From IMG/VR virus record IMGVR_UViG_3300010339_000002, positions 5,329 to 69,328 of that record: a stretch of DNA of 64,000 nucleotides. One strand, written 5' to 3'. Position numbers and translations under genes: made by a program. Origin of the DNA: a virus. Within the stretch, counting starts at the first letter, position 1. Each line of letters starts with the position of its first letter. This document shows, piece after piece, positions 22,786-32,163 of the stretch. Under the pieces are notes generated by a model that saw only the letters and a list, made by a program, of their open reading frames with translations, was not told the DNA's origin and ran no database searches.

Positions 22786-23517
22786 TCATCTGATTTCGAC
22801 AGTCCTTTCAAAGTGGGCAGCCAGCCCGCCGCGGTGCAGCTTGACTGTCCAGCCGTCCTTGTCCACGTAGGTGAATCCGTGGTTCGAGGCGAACATCGGC
22901 TCGATGGCGATTCGCTGCCCGACGATAAGGGTCGTTGCCGGGGAGCCGTCAAGCTCGTTGGCGATATGCGGTTCTTGATGCAAATTTTCTCCTATACCAT
23001 GCCCCCCATATCCGTGAACCACGTAGACCTCGTACTCCTTGGCCACCGCCTCAATTGCTTTGGCGATGTCGTGGGTCGTATTCCCGGCAACCGCCTTCGC
23101 CACCCCGGCTTCGAGGGCTTCCTTCGTCGCCTTGACAAGCTTGCGGGCGACTGCCGAGCAGTGTCCGACGAGCACCGTGGTCGCGCCGTCGTCGTAGTAA
23201 TTGACTGCGTGTCCTTCGGCGTCGGTCACTTGCTCTAGCGTGCCAAAGTCGATCTTTACGACCGTGCCCTCCTCAATCTTGCGGTCGCGGGGAATGCCGT
23301 GGATCACCTCGTTGTCGATGCTCACGCAGATGGACGCCGGGTAGCCCTCCTCCTTGCCGAAGTTGGGCGGCTTGTAGCCCTTGCACGCGGGTGTGACTCC
23401 GCGCAAACGGCAAAGCGCCTCTGCCATTTCGTCCAACGACTTCGTGGTTATGCCGGGCTTAACCGCTGCGGCCAGATGATCGATGATCGCCTCAAGCTTC
23501 GTCTTATTTTCCACCAT
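22786..23517 (-). CDS. map: type I methionine aminopeptidase
   Basis: YPASICVSIDNEVIHGIP, KIDFG, YGGHGIG..LHQEP, IAIEPM, AAHFERT motifs. Confidence 0.95.
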   Translation of the reverse strand: MVENKTKLEAIIDHLAAAVKPGITTKSLDEMAEALCRLRGVTPACKGYKPPNFGKEEGYPASICVSIDNEVIHGIPRDRKIEEGTVVKIDFGTLEQVTDAEGHAVNYYDDGATTVLVGHCSAVARKLVKATKEALEAGVAKAVAGNTTHDIAKAIEAVAKEYEVYVVHGYGGHGIGENLHQEPHIANELDGSPATTLIVGQRIAIEPMFASNHGFTYVDKDGWTVKLHRGGLAAHFERTVEIR

Positions 23518-24733
23518 TACTCAGCAGCCACTCCTTGGCTTCCTTCTTGGACTTGAAGGAGCCCGTGTTGTCGTCGAAATCGTAGTAGAGCCACCACCTG
23601 CCTTTGCAGCAGAATAGCTGAATGCCGTCTTGGAGCGGCTGCAATGTGCCGCTCAAGACCACGGGCTTTCCATCCAACCAGACTTTTGCCGTTGCGGTGG
23701 CTCGCTTCATATACTGGTCAATACTGAGGTTTTCCTTACTTCTTGCCGTTGGGCTCTTTCATTTGTTTTTCCAACGAAGCAAACCACGAGGCCTCTTCTT
23801 TACTCATCGGAACCTCGCCCGTATCAGGGACTTGGGGACTCTTGGTTTTGAACACACGCTCGTCCAAGTAAGCCTGTGCGCAGGCCGCGCATCGGGGCGA
23901 AGGCAGGTCAAAGATTTCCCGCGGGATAATCTGGTCCCCGTCGTCCTCCTCCTGTACACCGACCTGCTTGTACAGTCCCCCGGTGACCCGCTGGTTGCAT
24001 ATGGGGCACCGGGACTCCGTGACGGGATGCTCAGCAAAGAACGCATCGGTCTGCTGTTCCAGCCATGCAAGGGACTCCTCCGTCAGGGCGAACGAATGGT
24101 TGAGCAGGGACAGAAAGTTTTCGTTGGAAAGGTCCGGATCAAGTAGGTGATCTTTCGGGAGCATGTGATGCTCCCGCAGCAGCGCCTCAAACTCAATGAT
24201 GGCGGTGCGCTTCGTGATCCGCCCGCTGGCCCAATTGCTGTGGATCGCGTATATCTCGTCGTGAAAGTTCATCATGCGTCCTCCGAGGCGTCCGGAGGGT
24301 ACACCGCGGAGAAACGCTCAAGGGCGTACTCAACCTCGTCTTTGGTGATTCTTGGAAAATCCGAGTGGGGGATGCAGTCGTTTGACAGCCAAAGCAGGAT
24401 GTCATTGACGGGAAATTTCTTGGGGCGGCGAGCAAAGACCGCATCCAATCCCATCACCGCAGCCCAGCTTACGCCGGGCATGGGGTTGGATTTGTACTCA
24501 GGATGGCGCTCATTGATCATGAACCGATAGAACGCCTTGAGGCGATCTGAGCGGACGTAAAGGTTGAAAGGCTTGCCGTACTCGGAGTTGACGATGCTGA
24601 TTTGCTTGATTTCGTCCATATCTGGATAATACCAGACCGGAATCGAACGTCCAGAAAATTATGCCTGCGACGCGAAACAACCGCTAGATTTCGCACAAAG
24701 GTTTTAGGCCTTTTCAGTGCGGCAGGCAAGGCC

Positions 24734-25303
24734 TTAGAACACTACGCCGAGGCGGATTCTAAATCCGGGATGGTGGTAGTTGTACAGGAAGTAGCAGTCC
24801 GTGTCGGTGTCGTAGTCGATATAGACATCGTCGTCCCAGCCCCAGTCGTCAAACCACGGGTCATACATGTTGAACCAGAAGCCGCCGTACCAGAAGCGCC
24901 AGCCGGAGCCATACCACATGCGGGGTCCGAAGCGGAAACGGTGCCCATATCCAAAATGGTCATTGTGCCAGCCACGGTCGAAATGACGCCCGTCGAAGTG
25001 GCTGCGGTCGTTGGCACTCGTGTGACGCCCTTGGTCGCCCGTGAAATGCCCTCGGTCGGTTACTCGCGGTTGATGCCCCTGATTGCCGTGCGAGGCCGCT
25101 CCGCGGCTACCGCCCTTGTGGGAGGAGCCTTTGCTGGCGCTCCCGTGGCTGCTTCCACCGCTGTGGCCTCCGCTAACACTCCCATGGGAAGAGCCTCCGC
25201 CACCCCCGCCGTGGGAACCGCCGCCTCCACCGCTCGGATGCTGAGCTACAGAAAGGCCAACAAAACTGAAGAAAAGAACCAATAGACCGATAAAGTATCT
25301 CAT
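24734..25303 (-). CDS. secreted Gly/Ser/His-rich low-complexity protein
   Basis: signal peptide, GGGGSH repeats, aromatic-rich C terminus. Confidence 0.7.
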   Translation of the reverse strand: MRYFIGLLVLFFSFVGLSVAQHPSGGGGGSHGGGGGGSSHGSVSGGHSGGSSHGSASKGSSHKGGSRGAASHGNQGHQPRVTDRGHFTGDQGRHTSANDRSHFDGRHFDRGWHNDHFGYGHRFRFGPRMWYGSGWRFWYGGFWFNMYDPWFDDWGWDDDVYIDYDTDTDCYFLYNYHHPGFRIRLGVVF

Positions 25304-27453
25304 GGATGTTCCTCGCTATCTAATAAACCCGTATTCGCAAGGTTCGTTGTGTTAGACGAATGGCAAATCAAAGACGGTTTCAACTATCGCGCAAATTCCC
25401 AGTTGGTTACGCAATCAGTGCTGGGCTCGTATGACAGCATAATACGGCGCTTTCCGGGGCCGGGCTTGATCCGCGCCCGCTGGTCCCCGCAGAACCAGAC
25501 ATCCAGATTGTCATCATGGTCAAATTTGATGTGAGTCTGGGCGGCCGAGTGGTTGGCATCCGGCCCCTCGGGATAGTAGTAGACAGACGTGATGACACCC
25601 TCGTAGAATGTCCGGCCATAGAATTGCCGCCCGTGTTCGGACTTCTTTTGCTCCGCCTGCTGCTGGGCCGGAGGCGCGGCGGACGGCACCTTAGACTGCG
25701 CTTGGACGGTGGCTTTCCTCGATATGGGCAGCGGCATGAATGCCAGCGCGATGATTCCGAAACCAATAAAAATTCCTAGAACAACGCCTTTCATTCTTCC
25801 CCCTCCGGTGTCTCGATGATCTTGGGCACGATCTCAGGCACTTGCGAAAACATCTTTTCCCGAGTCTCTTCCATCAGTTCGTGGAACCGCTTGGGCTGGT
25901 AATCGTAGCACTTGTGGGCGGCAAGCTCCTCAGGCGTAAGCTCCCGCTTCACGCCGTCCCTTGGGCGGTAGGGATTTAGGTTCAGGTACCCAGTGGAATA
26001 CAATTCCATGTCCCGCTCTTGCCGTTCGCGCCAGCCGAGGTTGTTCTTGATGCGCTCCTCGCAGGTCTGGATCAAGTAGCCCCGCTGGCAGCGGCAGCCG
26101 CCCTCGTCGCCCCCGGCGATCCGGTCGGCAATGATCTTCTCAGCGTCCTCGCGGGTGTCCACGGCCCCAAAGTCCTCGCCCCCGGCGACACTGCAATGTG
26201 GATCAACGATGTGGTATCTCATTGGCTCATTCCCCATCCTCCTGAAGATGAGTCAGAACCCAGTGCGTGTCCCATTCCCTTCGGGTCTTGAACAGCAATG
26301 GCGGCTCCTTACCCGTGCACTGGTAACAGGCCGGACGCCACCGGAACCACGAGCGCCAGCCTTTGTACCAGAAGGGCTCGGGGATCGCCGGAACCCAGCC
26401 AAGCTGCTCGTCGTATTGCGATGTGGGGCTCATGTCACGCTCCGCACAATCCGTTGTGCTCCGGGCAGGGAACGGCCGGACTGTCGTCGATTCGCCCTAT
26501 TCCCGTGCCGAAGCAAAACTCGCAGCCTCGGTAACTCGGATCGGCCCGCCGCTGTTCCCGCAGTGCTATCAGCCGGGTGGTCTCCTTCGCCGACTCCTCG
26601 ATGCTTTTCACCAAGTCGCTTAATCGTCCCGTCAGCATGGCTGGGTCAGCCTGATTTCTGTTTCAAACGGCAGATGCATATTGCCGTTGTACATCGCCTT
26701 GCCGAAAATCTGCATGAGTTCATGCAACTGGAACCGTATCCATCCGTCCGCTTCGGTCTGCGACTTGCGGATGCTTTTTGGCACGTCGGCGGGCTCCGTC
26801 GCCTTCCAGTACTCGGCCCACAGTGCCTCGCCTGCCGGGGTCAGCTTCACCCAGACATTGTCGTTGACGTTGATGGTAATCATTCGAGCCTCCAGCCGGA
26901 CCATGCGTTAATGGGTGACTGCGATTCGTTGTCCATTACAGGATACACCCCGTCCATGCCGTCGTCAATAAAGCGGCCGACCGACCGCTCGCCGCTCGGC
27001 AGGGCGAACAGCACTTTGGTATTGACGGGGGGTTGCTTCTCGGTCTCGAAGCCTTCTGCCTGTAAAACGATAAGGCGCTTCGCCGTCTCCACGCGGCTGA
27101 TATAGTCGTTGACCGCGAATTCAATCTGCCGAAGCTTCGGGCCGTGCTCGAAGGGGATGTAGAACCGCTGCCAGCAGATGTGGCAGCCCGCGAGGGGCTG
27201 GGAAGGATCGTGCCCGTGGTAGGGGCATTCGGGCAATTCGGGAAGCTGGAACATGAAACCTAATACTGGAAATTAACGGATCGGCAGTGAAAAACTTCAT
27301 TTCCCAGCTTCCTAACGTCATCATTAGAGGCGCTGGAAGGCGCTTCGACGTTGCCCAGAGGTTGTGGGACGTAGGCCTAGCTGAAAAATTTCCATGAGTA
27401 AGCGGGCACCCCCAGCCGTTCGCACGTCAATTCACTTCATGGAGGGAACTCCC

Positions 27454-27531
27454 ATGAGATTTCGCCTTAACAGCGCAGTCATCATTGCGGTGATTGCTAT
27501 CATCGCTTTGGCACTCCTCGTAGCACGATGA
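27454..27531 (+). CDS. 25-aa hydrophobic peptide (type I toxin-like)
   Basis: SD GGAGG, MRFRLNSAVIIAVIAIIALALLVAR*; below ORF-track cutoff. Confidence 0.5.
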   Translation: MRFRLNSAVIIAVIAIIALALLVAR

Positions 27532-27587
27532 CGATCAGACAATTCTGACGGACGCCGCCCGCCGTCTGTTACTCAAACGGGCTTTCT

Positions 27588-27758
27588 TTATCGTAGTCCT
27601 CGAAGTTTTTGCTCTGTGCTACTCAAGCGCCTTTCGATGTTCCCTAAGCGGTTTTCAATCTTTTTGATCGCGGAGATCAAATCATCAAGGGCTCCACGCG
27701 TATTCGTTTCGGGAATGTAGGTGGCCTTGGATTGGGCGTTATGCAAATTGATACTCAT
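27588..27758 (-). CDS. 56-aa coiled-coil protein
   Basis: MSINLHN...IKKIENRLGNIERRL; GAGTATTA motif 7 nt upstream. Confidence 0.55.
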   Translation of the reverse strand: MSINLHNAQSKATYIPETNTRGALDDLISAIKKIENRLGNIERRLSSTEQKLRGLR

Positions 27759-27828
27759 ACGGTATTAATACTCATGAAGCCAGAATCCCAACGTATTCAA
27801 GCTTGGATCGAGAGAGAAGAACGAAGTT

Positions 27829-27903
27829 TGGTGGGACCGGAGGGACTTGAACCCCCATTCCCTGCTTAAAGGGCAGGTCTTCTAACCGTTGAATTACGGT
27901 CCC
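27829..27903 (-). tRNA. tRNA-Lys(TTT), C33 variant
   Basis: anticodon arm CCTGC-CC TTT AA-GCAGG; encoded CCA. Confidence 0.85.
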
Positions 27904-27904
27904 A

Positions 27905-27980
27905 TGGTCCCCTCAGCGAGACTCGAACTCGCAACCCCAACGCTTAAAAGGCGTGTGCTCTGCCATTGAGCTACGAGGGG
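27905..27980 (-). tRNA. tRNA-Lys(TTT)
   Basis: CACGC-CT TTT AA-GCGTT; TTCGA T-loop; CCA. Confidence 0.9.
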
Positions 27981-27985
27981 GAAAG

Positions 27986-28066
27986 TGGGGGGCGTGGCGG
28001 GACTCGAACCCGCATTTTCAGTCCAGTTAAAGGCTACGGTTTAGAAGACCGCGTTTCTACACGCCC
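27986..28066 (-). tRNA. D-armless tRNA-Arg(TCT)-like gene with long variable region
   Basis: acceptor GGGCGTG/CACGCCC, 7-nt linker, GCGGT-CT TCT AA-ACCGT, T arm, CCA. Confidence 0.7.
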
Positions 28067-28183
28067 AAAGGTGGGATCAACGTTTTCGTCTGAGGTAATC
28101 GGGAAGAAGGATCAACCCGACATAGAAGAGCCACAGGACCACGACGAGTCCTATTGCGGCACCGAGTTGTGCTAGAGTCTGCA

Positions 28184-28372
28184 TTACTTCTTCCTTGCGT
28201 ACTTTACTGCTGCTTTACCAAGCTCTTCGGGCGTTGCATCGAATGCCTGTTTCATGCCCCGCCGCGCTTCCGGCATCTGCATGCCTTTGAGCATCAGATC
28301 GAAGTACGCCTGCGACATTCTCGTCTTTCCGTTCTTGCGGGCGGTCGTAACGACTTGTTCGAACTTCGTCAT
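28184..28372 (-). CDS. hypothetical protein inside tRNA operon
   Basis: 62-aa ORF between tRNAs. Confidence 0.55.
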   Translation of the reverse strand: MTKFEQVVTTARKNGKTRMSQAYFDLMLKGMQMPEARRGMKQAFDATPEELGKAAVKYARKK

Positions 28373-28377
28373 AAATT

Positions 28378-28452
28378 TGGCTGCTTCGGGTGGACTCGAA
28401 CCACCATAACATGCTCCAGAGGCATGTGTCCTGCCAATTAGACGACAAAGCA
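28378..28452 (-). tRNA. tRNA-Gln(CTG)
   Basis: CATGC-CT CTG GA-GCATG; U1-A72; G73 CCA. Confidence 0.9.
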
Positions 28453-28635
28453 GCAGAAACTTATTTCGATGGTACGGCTCTTTTCCAGCCGATGGTTAAA
28501 GCTCCCACGCTCCATGCTCGCCCTTCGAAACTGGGCGAGATCAGCGGAGCGCCATGAAACGAAAACCACCAAGGGCACGGGCTCCACGGCGTCCACCCAG
28601 CAAACCAATGAAGCTTCATATCCGTTCTCCAAATC

Positions 28636-28710
28636 TGGTGGCCCCACCCGGACTCGAACCGGGATTTCAAGTTTAGGAAACTAGCGTCCTCTCCATTGAA
28701 CGATGGAGCC
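28636..28710 (-). tRNA. tRNA-Arg(CCT)
   Basis: CTAGT-TT CCT AA-ACTTG; T arm; CCA. Confidence 0.85.
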
Positions 28711-28714
28711 ATGA

Positions 28715-29056
28715 AGCCGTTGCTAACGAGCGCAAAGTCGTTCTTACACTCTCTCGCGTTCAGTGAGGGCTCAACATCCGCCCGTCAACGCTACTGAGCC
28801 AGCAACGGCAAATTCACACAAAACCGAGAATCCTGCGATCCGTGGCCACGGACTCTCAACCGCAGGAGAAGGGACAAGAGAGCTTCCCCGCCCAAACGCC
28901 TGTACTAAGCGCCTCGGGCTTTAGCCGGAGCCCGAGAGCCCCGACGAATTCCATACGGGGGAGGGCCTCCACAATGCCCTCCCCCGTCCTAGCCATCGTC
29001 CTCGCCGGGCGGCGATCCCGATGGTCCGGCTCAACTCAGACCTTCTGTTGAGCCGA
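28715..29056 (-). ncRNA. candidate large structured ncRNA within tRNA operon
   Basis: about 340 nt without convincing ORF and at least six strong hairpins. Confidence 0.5.
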
Positions 29057-29072
29057 TCTCATGAACATCGAC

Positions 29073-29288
29073 CTACTCAATTCTGCAACAACGAACTGGC
29101 GAGCATCCATCAACCGTTAGATCAGAATACGCCCCGTATCCGTCGCTACCTTCAATCTTCACATACGGACGATAAGCGTATCGATACTCGTAGTGATAAG
29201 CATACTGTTTCCAGACTTGCCCATTTGTGAGCCGAATACTGGTATTCCCATTCCAACCGTTAAATGAGTCCTCTATCTGATAGGTCAT
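29073..29288 (-). CDS. hypothetical protein
   Basis: 71-aa ORF, FNGWNG...LTNGQVWKQ. Confidence 0.6.
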   Translation of the reverse strand: MTYQIEDSFNGWNGNTSIRLTNGQVWKQYAYHYEYRYAYRPYVKIEGSDGYGAYSDLTVDGCSPVRCCRIE

Positions 29289-29805
29289 GATTTCTCATTC
29301 CTTCACTGATCCGCTGTTTTACAACCTCAGACCATGCTTTACCTTTGTTCCATGCTTTCGGCGGATTTGCCGCTTTAGTGCGTTTCTCCGTAGCCGCAAT
29401 TTTGGCACGAACTTCTGCCGCGTGTCTCCAACCACGACGGTTACGATTTGCTGCGGCGACCGCTTGTCCCACATGCGTTGGGCGCTTTTTACCCAACTTC
29501 AGTTGCCGCTGAATCTCGCCGAAACCCTTGGGCATTTTGCCGTTTTCCCCCTCCCGCAAATTCATGCAAAAAGGGTCGGCTATAAACGCCGCAATCAATT
29601 CTTTTTCCTTCCCAAAGGCCGATTCGGCATCCGGGCAGATAAACAAGACTTCTTTCTTGAAGTTGACCCGTCCGTACTTTCTCACGGCTCTCTCGATATA
29701 CGTTCCAGAGCCTAGATAAGTGTCGGACGGGTTCTTCGTTTTGTGATACCCGAAGTAGTACTTACCGTTCACTAGATTCGTCGTCTTGTAAACGGTATGG
29801 AACAT
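29260..29805 (-). CDS. GIY-YIG homing endonuclease (Seg-like)
   Basis: TVYKTTNLVNGKYYFGYH...YLGSG; NUMOD3-like tail AWNKGK. Confidence 0.9.
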   Translation of the reverse strand: MFHTVYKTTNLVNGKYYFGYHKTKNPSDTYLGSGTYIERAVRKYGRVNFKKEVLFICPDAESAFGKEKELIAAFIADPFCMNLREGENGKMPKGFGEIQRQLKLGKKRPTHVGQAVAAANRNRRGWRHAAEVRAKIAATEKRTKAANPPKAWNKGKAWSEVVKQRISEGMRNHDLSDRGLI

Positions 29806-29809
29806 CAAG

Positions 29810-30361
29810 CTACTTATCCAACTCAATATTCCAGTACAGCCAGCCGCCGTCCACCCATGGCTTCCAAGTCGGATGCATCTTCTTGATCCGGAGCTTGAAG
29901 TTGTACTTCGGGTCGTCCGGCTTGGGCTCGAACGGCGTCCTGCGCAAATGCATGCCTGCCTGCTCCGGAATGTTTCCGGACTTGTGCTTGTTGCACCTGA
30001 TGCATGACAGCACGAGGTTCGTCCACTTCGACGTACCGCCGAGGCATCGCGGAACCACGTGGTCCAAAGTGTACTCCGGCAGATGAAGCAGCTTGCCGCA
30101 GTACTGACACTCGCTGTTGTCCCGAATCGCAACGTTGCGGCGGGAGAATGGGACCGCTGTCTTCCGGCGACGACGCACCCAGTTCTTGGCGCGAATGACA
30201 GTCGGCATGTTCATCTCGAACGACGGAGAGTGAAGGATGCGCTCTTCGTCCTCCCCGAGGATCGTTGCGCGGTCCTCCCAGATCAGCTTCACGGCCTTCT
30301 GCCAGCCGACGAAGCCGATGGGCATCCCCGTCATGTCAAGCACTAGTGTGTCACACGACAT
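29810..30361 (-). CDS. HNH endonuclease (McrA-like)
   Basis: RDNSECQYCG...TLDHVVPR..GG.S.WTNLV.SCIRCN..K. Confidence 0.9.
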   Translation of the reverse strand: MSCDTLVLDMTGMPIGFVGWQKAVKLIWEDRATILGEDEERILHSPSFEMNMPTVIRAKNWVRRRRKTAVPFSRRNVAIRDNSECQYCGKLLHLPEYTLDHVVPRCLGGTSKWTNLVLSCIRCNKHKSGNIPEQAGMHLRRTPFEPKPDDPKYNFKLRIKKMHPTWKPWVDGGWLYWNIELDK

Positions 30362-30362
30362 T

Positions 30363-31055
30363 TTATTTCCTTCCTAACTTCCACCCCTCGGCTAAAAACT
30401 CCGAAAGTCTTGATAAAACTACAGTCTTTGTTACAGAGCCCCTATGCACCCACTTATTAGGGAATTCCGTAGCCCACTTCTTGTGGGCATTAGACAACTT
30501 TAAGCGTGTTGATTTCGGCATTTTCTTACCTTTATTCCACGCGGAATGCCCAAAAACCTGCCGCAACTTAGAGACAGCGGGTGTTCCTCCTGTAATACTT
30601 TTACGCCCTCGTCCATGAGCAATGTCCCTAATCGTTCGCTTGCTAACCCCGAATTCTTCACGTAGCTGCCTTACTGTTGCACCCTTACTTGCTTTTTGAC
30701 GAATTACAACAACTTGCTCATCTGTCAACTTGGTATTACTGCGGTGGAGTCCCACCTCTCGAACATAGTCCCAACCGCCGTGTCCGCCTTTATTCAAATT
30801 CATGCACAGCGGATCGCGTCCGCGGCAGCACTGGATCAATTCGTCTTCCTTCCCAAAGGCCGACTCCGGGTCAAGGTAGATAAACAGCACCTCCTTGCGG
30901 AAGTTTTGTTCCCCATACTTCGCAACGGCTCGCCTGATATACGTTCCCGATCCAAGATAATCGTCATAAGGACTTCGTGTCTTGTGGACACCAAAGTAGT
31001 ATCTACTGTTCACAAGATTTGTTGTCTTATAGACCGTATAAAAGTGCCGTTGCAT
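30363..31055 (-). CDS. GIY-YIG homing endonuclease with HTH
   Basis: TVYKTTNLVNSRYYFGVH...YLGSG; HTH-like VRQLREEFGVSKRTI; paralog of 29260-29805. Confidence 0.9.
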   Translation of the reverse strand: MQRHFYTVYKTTNLVNSRYYFGVHKTRSPYDDYLGSGTYIRRAVAKYGEQNFRKEVLFIYLDPESAFGKEDELIQCCRGRDPLCMNLNKGGHGGWDYVREVGLHRSNTKLTDEQVVVIRQKASKGATVRQLREEFGVSKRTIRDIAHGRGRKSITGGTPAVSKLRQVFGHSAWNKGKKMPKSTRLKLSNAHKKWATEFPNKWVHRGSVTKTVVLSRLSEFLAEGWKLGRK

Positions 31056-31078
31056 ATCTCCTTTCCAATCCTCAGACT

Positions 31079-31154
31079 TGGTGCGCCCGGAGAGAGTCGA
31101 ACTCTCGACCTTGGGCTTAAGAGGCCCCTGCTCTACCAATTGAGCTACGAGCGC
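31079..31154 (-). tRNA. tRNA-Lys(CTT)
   Basis: GGGGC-CT CTT AA-GCCCA; CCA. Confidence 0.9.
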
Positions 31155-31196
31155 ACTTTACTACAGTACCACATTCCCGACCTTCGTCGGGAAACT

Positions 31197-31271
31197 TGGT
31201 GGGTCTGCCGAGACTCGAACTCGGGTTCCATCCTTAAGAGGGATGTCTTCTCGCCGCTGAATTACGGACCC
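31197..31271 (-). tRNA. tRNA-Lys(CTT)
   Basis: CATCC-CT CTT AA-GGATG; CCA. Confidence 0.88.
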
Positions 31272-31277
31272 AAAATC

Positions 31278-31352
31278 TGGCTCCTCGGGAGGGGATCGAA
31301 CCCCCGACCATTCGGTTAACAGCCGACCGCTCTACCGCTGAGCTACCGAGGA
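31278..31352 (-). tRNA. tRNA-Asn(GTT)
   Basis: canonical TCCTCGG acceptor; GTCGG-CT GTT AA-CCGAA. Confidence 0.92.
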
Positions 31353-31363
31353 ACTGAAACTCT

Positions 31364-31510
31364 TTACCGCAACTTCCGTATCTCCGCCACAACGCTATCT
31401 TCCAAATGCTTGATCGCCGCCGTTATGGCCTTGGCGCTTCGCGCTTCCAAGAAGTGGTCCATGACAGCGCCCAAAACAAAGCTTCCTATAACCGCGATGA
31501 CCGTACCCAT
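31364..31510 (-). CDS. 48-aa single-pass membrane protein in tRNA operon
   Basis: SD GGGAG; MGTVIAVIGSFVLGAVMDH... Confidence 0.55.
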   Translation of the reverse strand: MGTVIAVIGSFVLGAVMDHFLEARSAKAITAAIKHLEDSVVAEIRKLR

Positions 31511-31526
31511 AGTCTCCCTTCAAACT

Positions 31527-31602
31527 TGGCTGGGGCGGTAGGATTTGAACCTACACCGTCTCGGGTAACAACCGAGCGTCCTGCCAGTTGGACCACGCCC
31601 CA
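31527..31602 (-). tRNA. tRNA-Asn(GTT), divergent copy
   Basis: CTCGG-TT GTT AC-CCGAG; TGGGGCG acceptor; G73 CCA. Confidence 0.85.
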
Positions 31603-31607
31603 AAACT

Positions 31608-31683
31608 TGGCTGGGAGAGCAGGACTCGAACCTGCAACCTTGCGGATCAGAGCCGCCTGCGCTACCAATTGCGCCATCTCCCA
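31608..31683 (-). tRNA. tRNA-Gln(CTG)
   Basis: GGCGG-CT CTG AT-CCGCA; U1-A72; CCA. Confidence 0.9.
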
Positions 31684-31687
31684 AAAC

Positions 31688-31773
31688 TGGAACGGGTGAC
31701 AGGACTCGAACCTGCATTCCCCGAAGGGCTAGGCGTTCGTAGCGCCCGTGGCGTCCATTGCCGTCACACCCGC
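31688..31773 (-). tRNA. tRNA with ACG (Arg) anticodon and long variable arm
   Basis: GGGCG-CT ACG AA-CGCCT; variable hairpin CCC-TTCG-GGG; U73. Confidence 0.75.
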
Positions 31774-31778
31774 AAATC

Positions 31779-31857
31779 TGGTGACCCTAGTGGGACTCGA
31801 ACCCACGACCTCTTCCTTCGGATGGAAGCGCTCTAAATCCAACTGAGCTACAGGGTC
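31779..31857 (-). tRNA. tRNA-Arg(CCG)
   Basis: CTTCC-AT CCG AA-GGAAG; CCA. Confidence 0.9.
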
Positions 31858-31902
31858 AAACTCTTGGGCCAGTGTACTTGATCGTTAGACGACCTCCCGA
31901 CT

Positions 31903-31940
31903 TGGTGGGGAGGGCGGGATTTTTACCCGCATTTCTGGCC
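31903..31940 (-). pseudogene. tRNA 3-prime fragment (T arm + acceptor strand + ACCA)
   Basis: GCGGG-TAAAAAT-CCCGC-CCTCCCC-ACCA with no 5-prime half. Confidence 0.5.
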
Positions 31941-31946
31941 CTAATC

Positions 31947-32023
31947 TGGTGCGCCCGGAGGGATTCGAACCCCCAGTCTTTGCGTTCGTAGCGCAACATC
32001 CTGATCCGTTGAACGACGGGCGC
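31947..32023 (-). tRNA. tRNA-Arg(ACG)
   Basis: TTGCG-CT ACG AA-CGCAA; GCGCCCG acceptor; CCA. Confidence 0.9.
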
Positions 32024-32075
32024 GTAATCTGCTTGTAACGGCCCAGCATAAAATGCTTGTGCTGGCCCAAAACCT

Positions 32076-32152
32076 TGGGGTGGGAGATGAGGTTCGAACT
32101 CACATCCTTCGGTGCCACAGACCGACGCTCCACCAGTTGAGCTACTCCCACC
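32076..32152 (-). tRNA. tRNA-His(GTG)
   Basis: TCGGT-CT GTG GC-ACCGA; encoded G-1 and C73. Confidence 0.92.
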
Positions 32153-32163
32153 ACTACAAAAAC

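Noticed and set aside
28715-29056. tmRNA or RNase P RNA identity for the structured region
   Set aside because: No Ala-type acceptor/T arm with CCA, no tag frame, no GAGGAAAGUCC signature.
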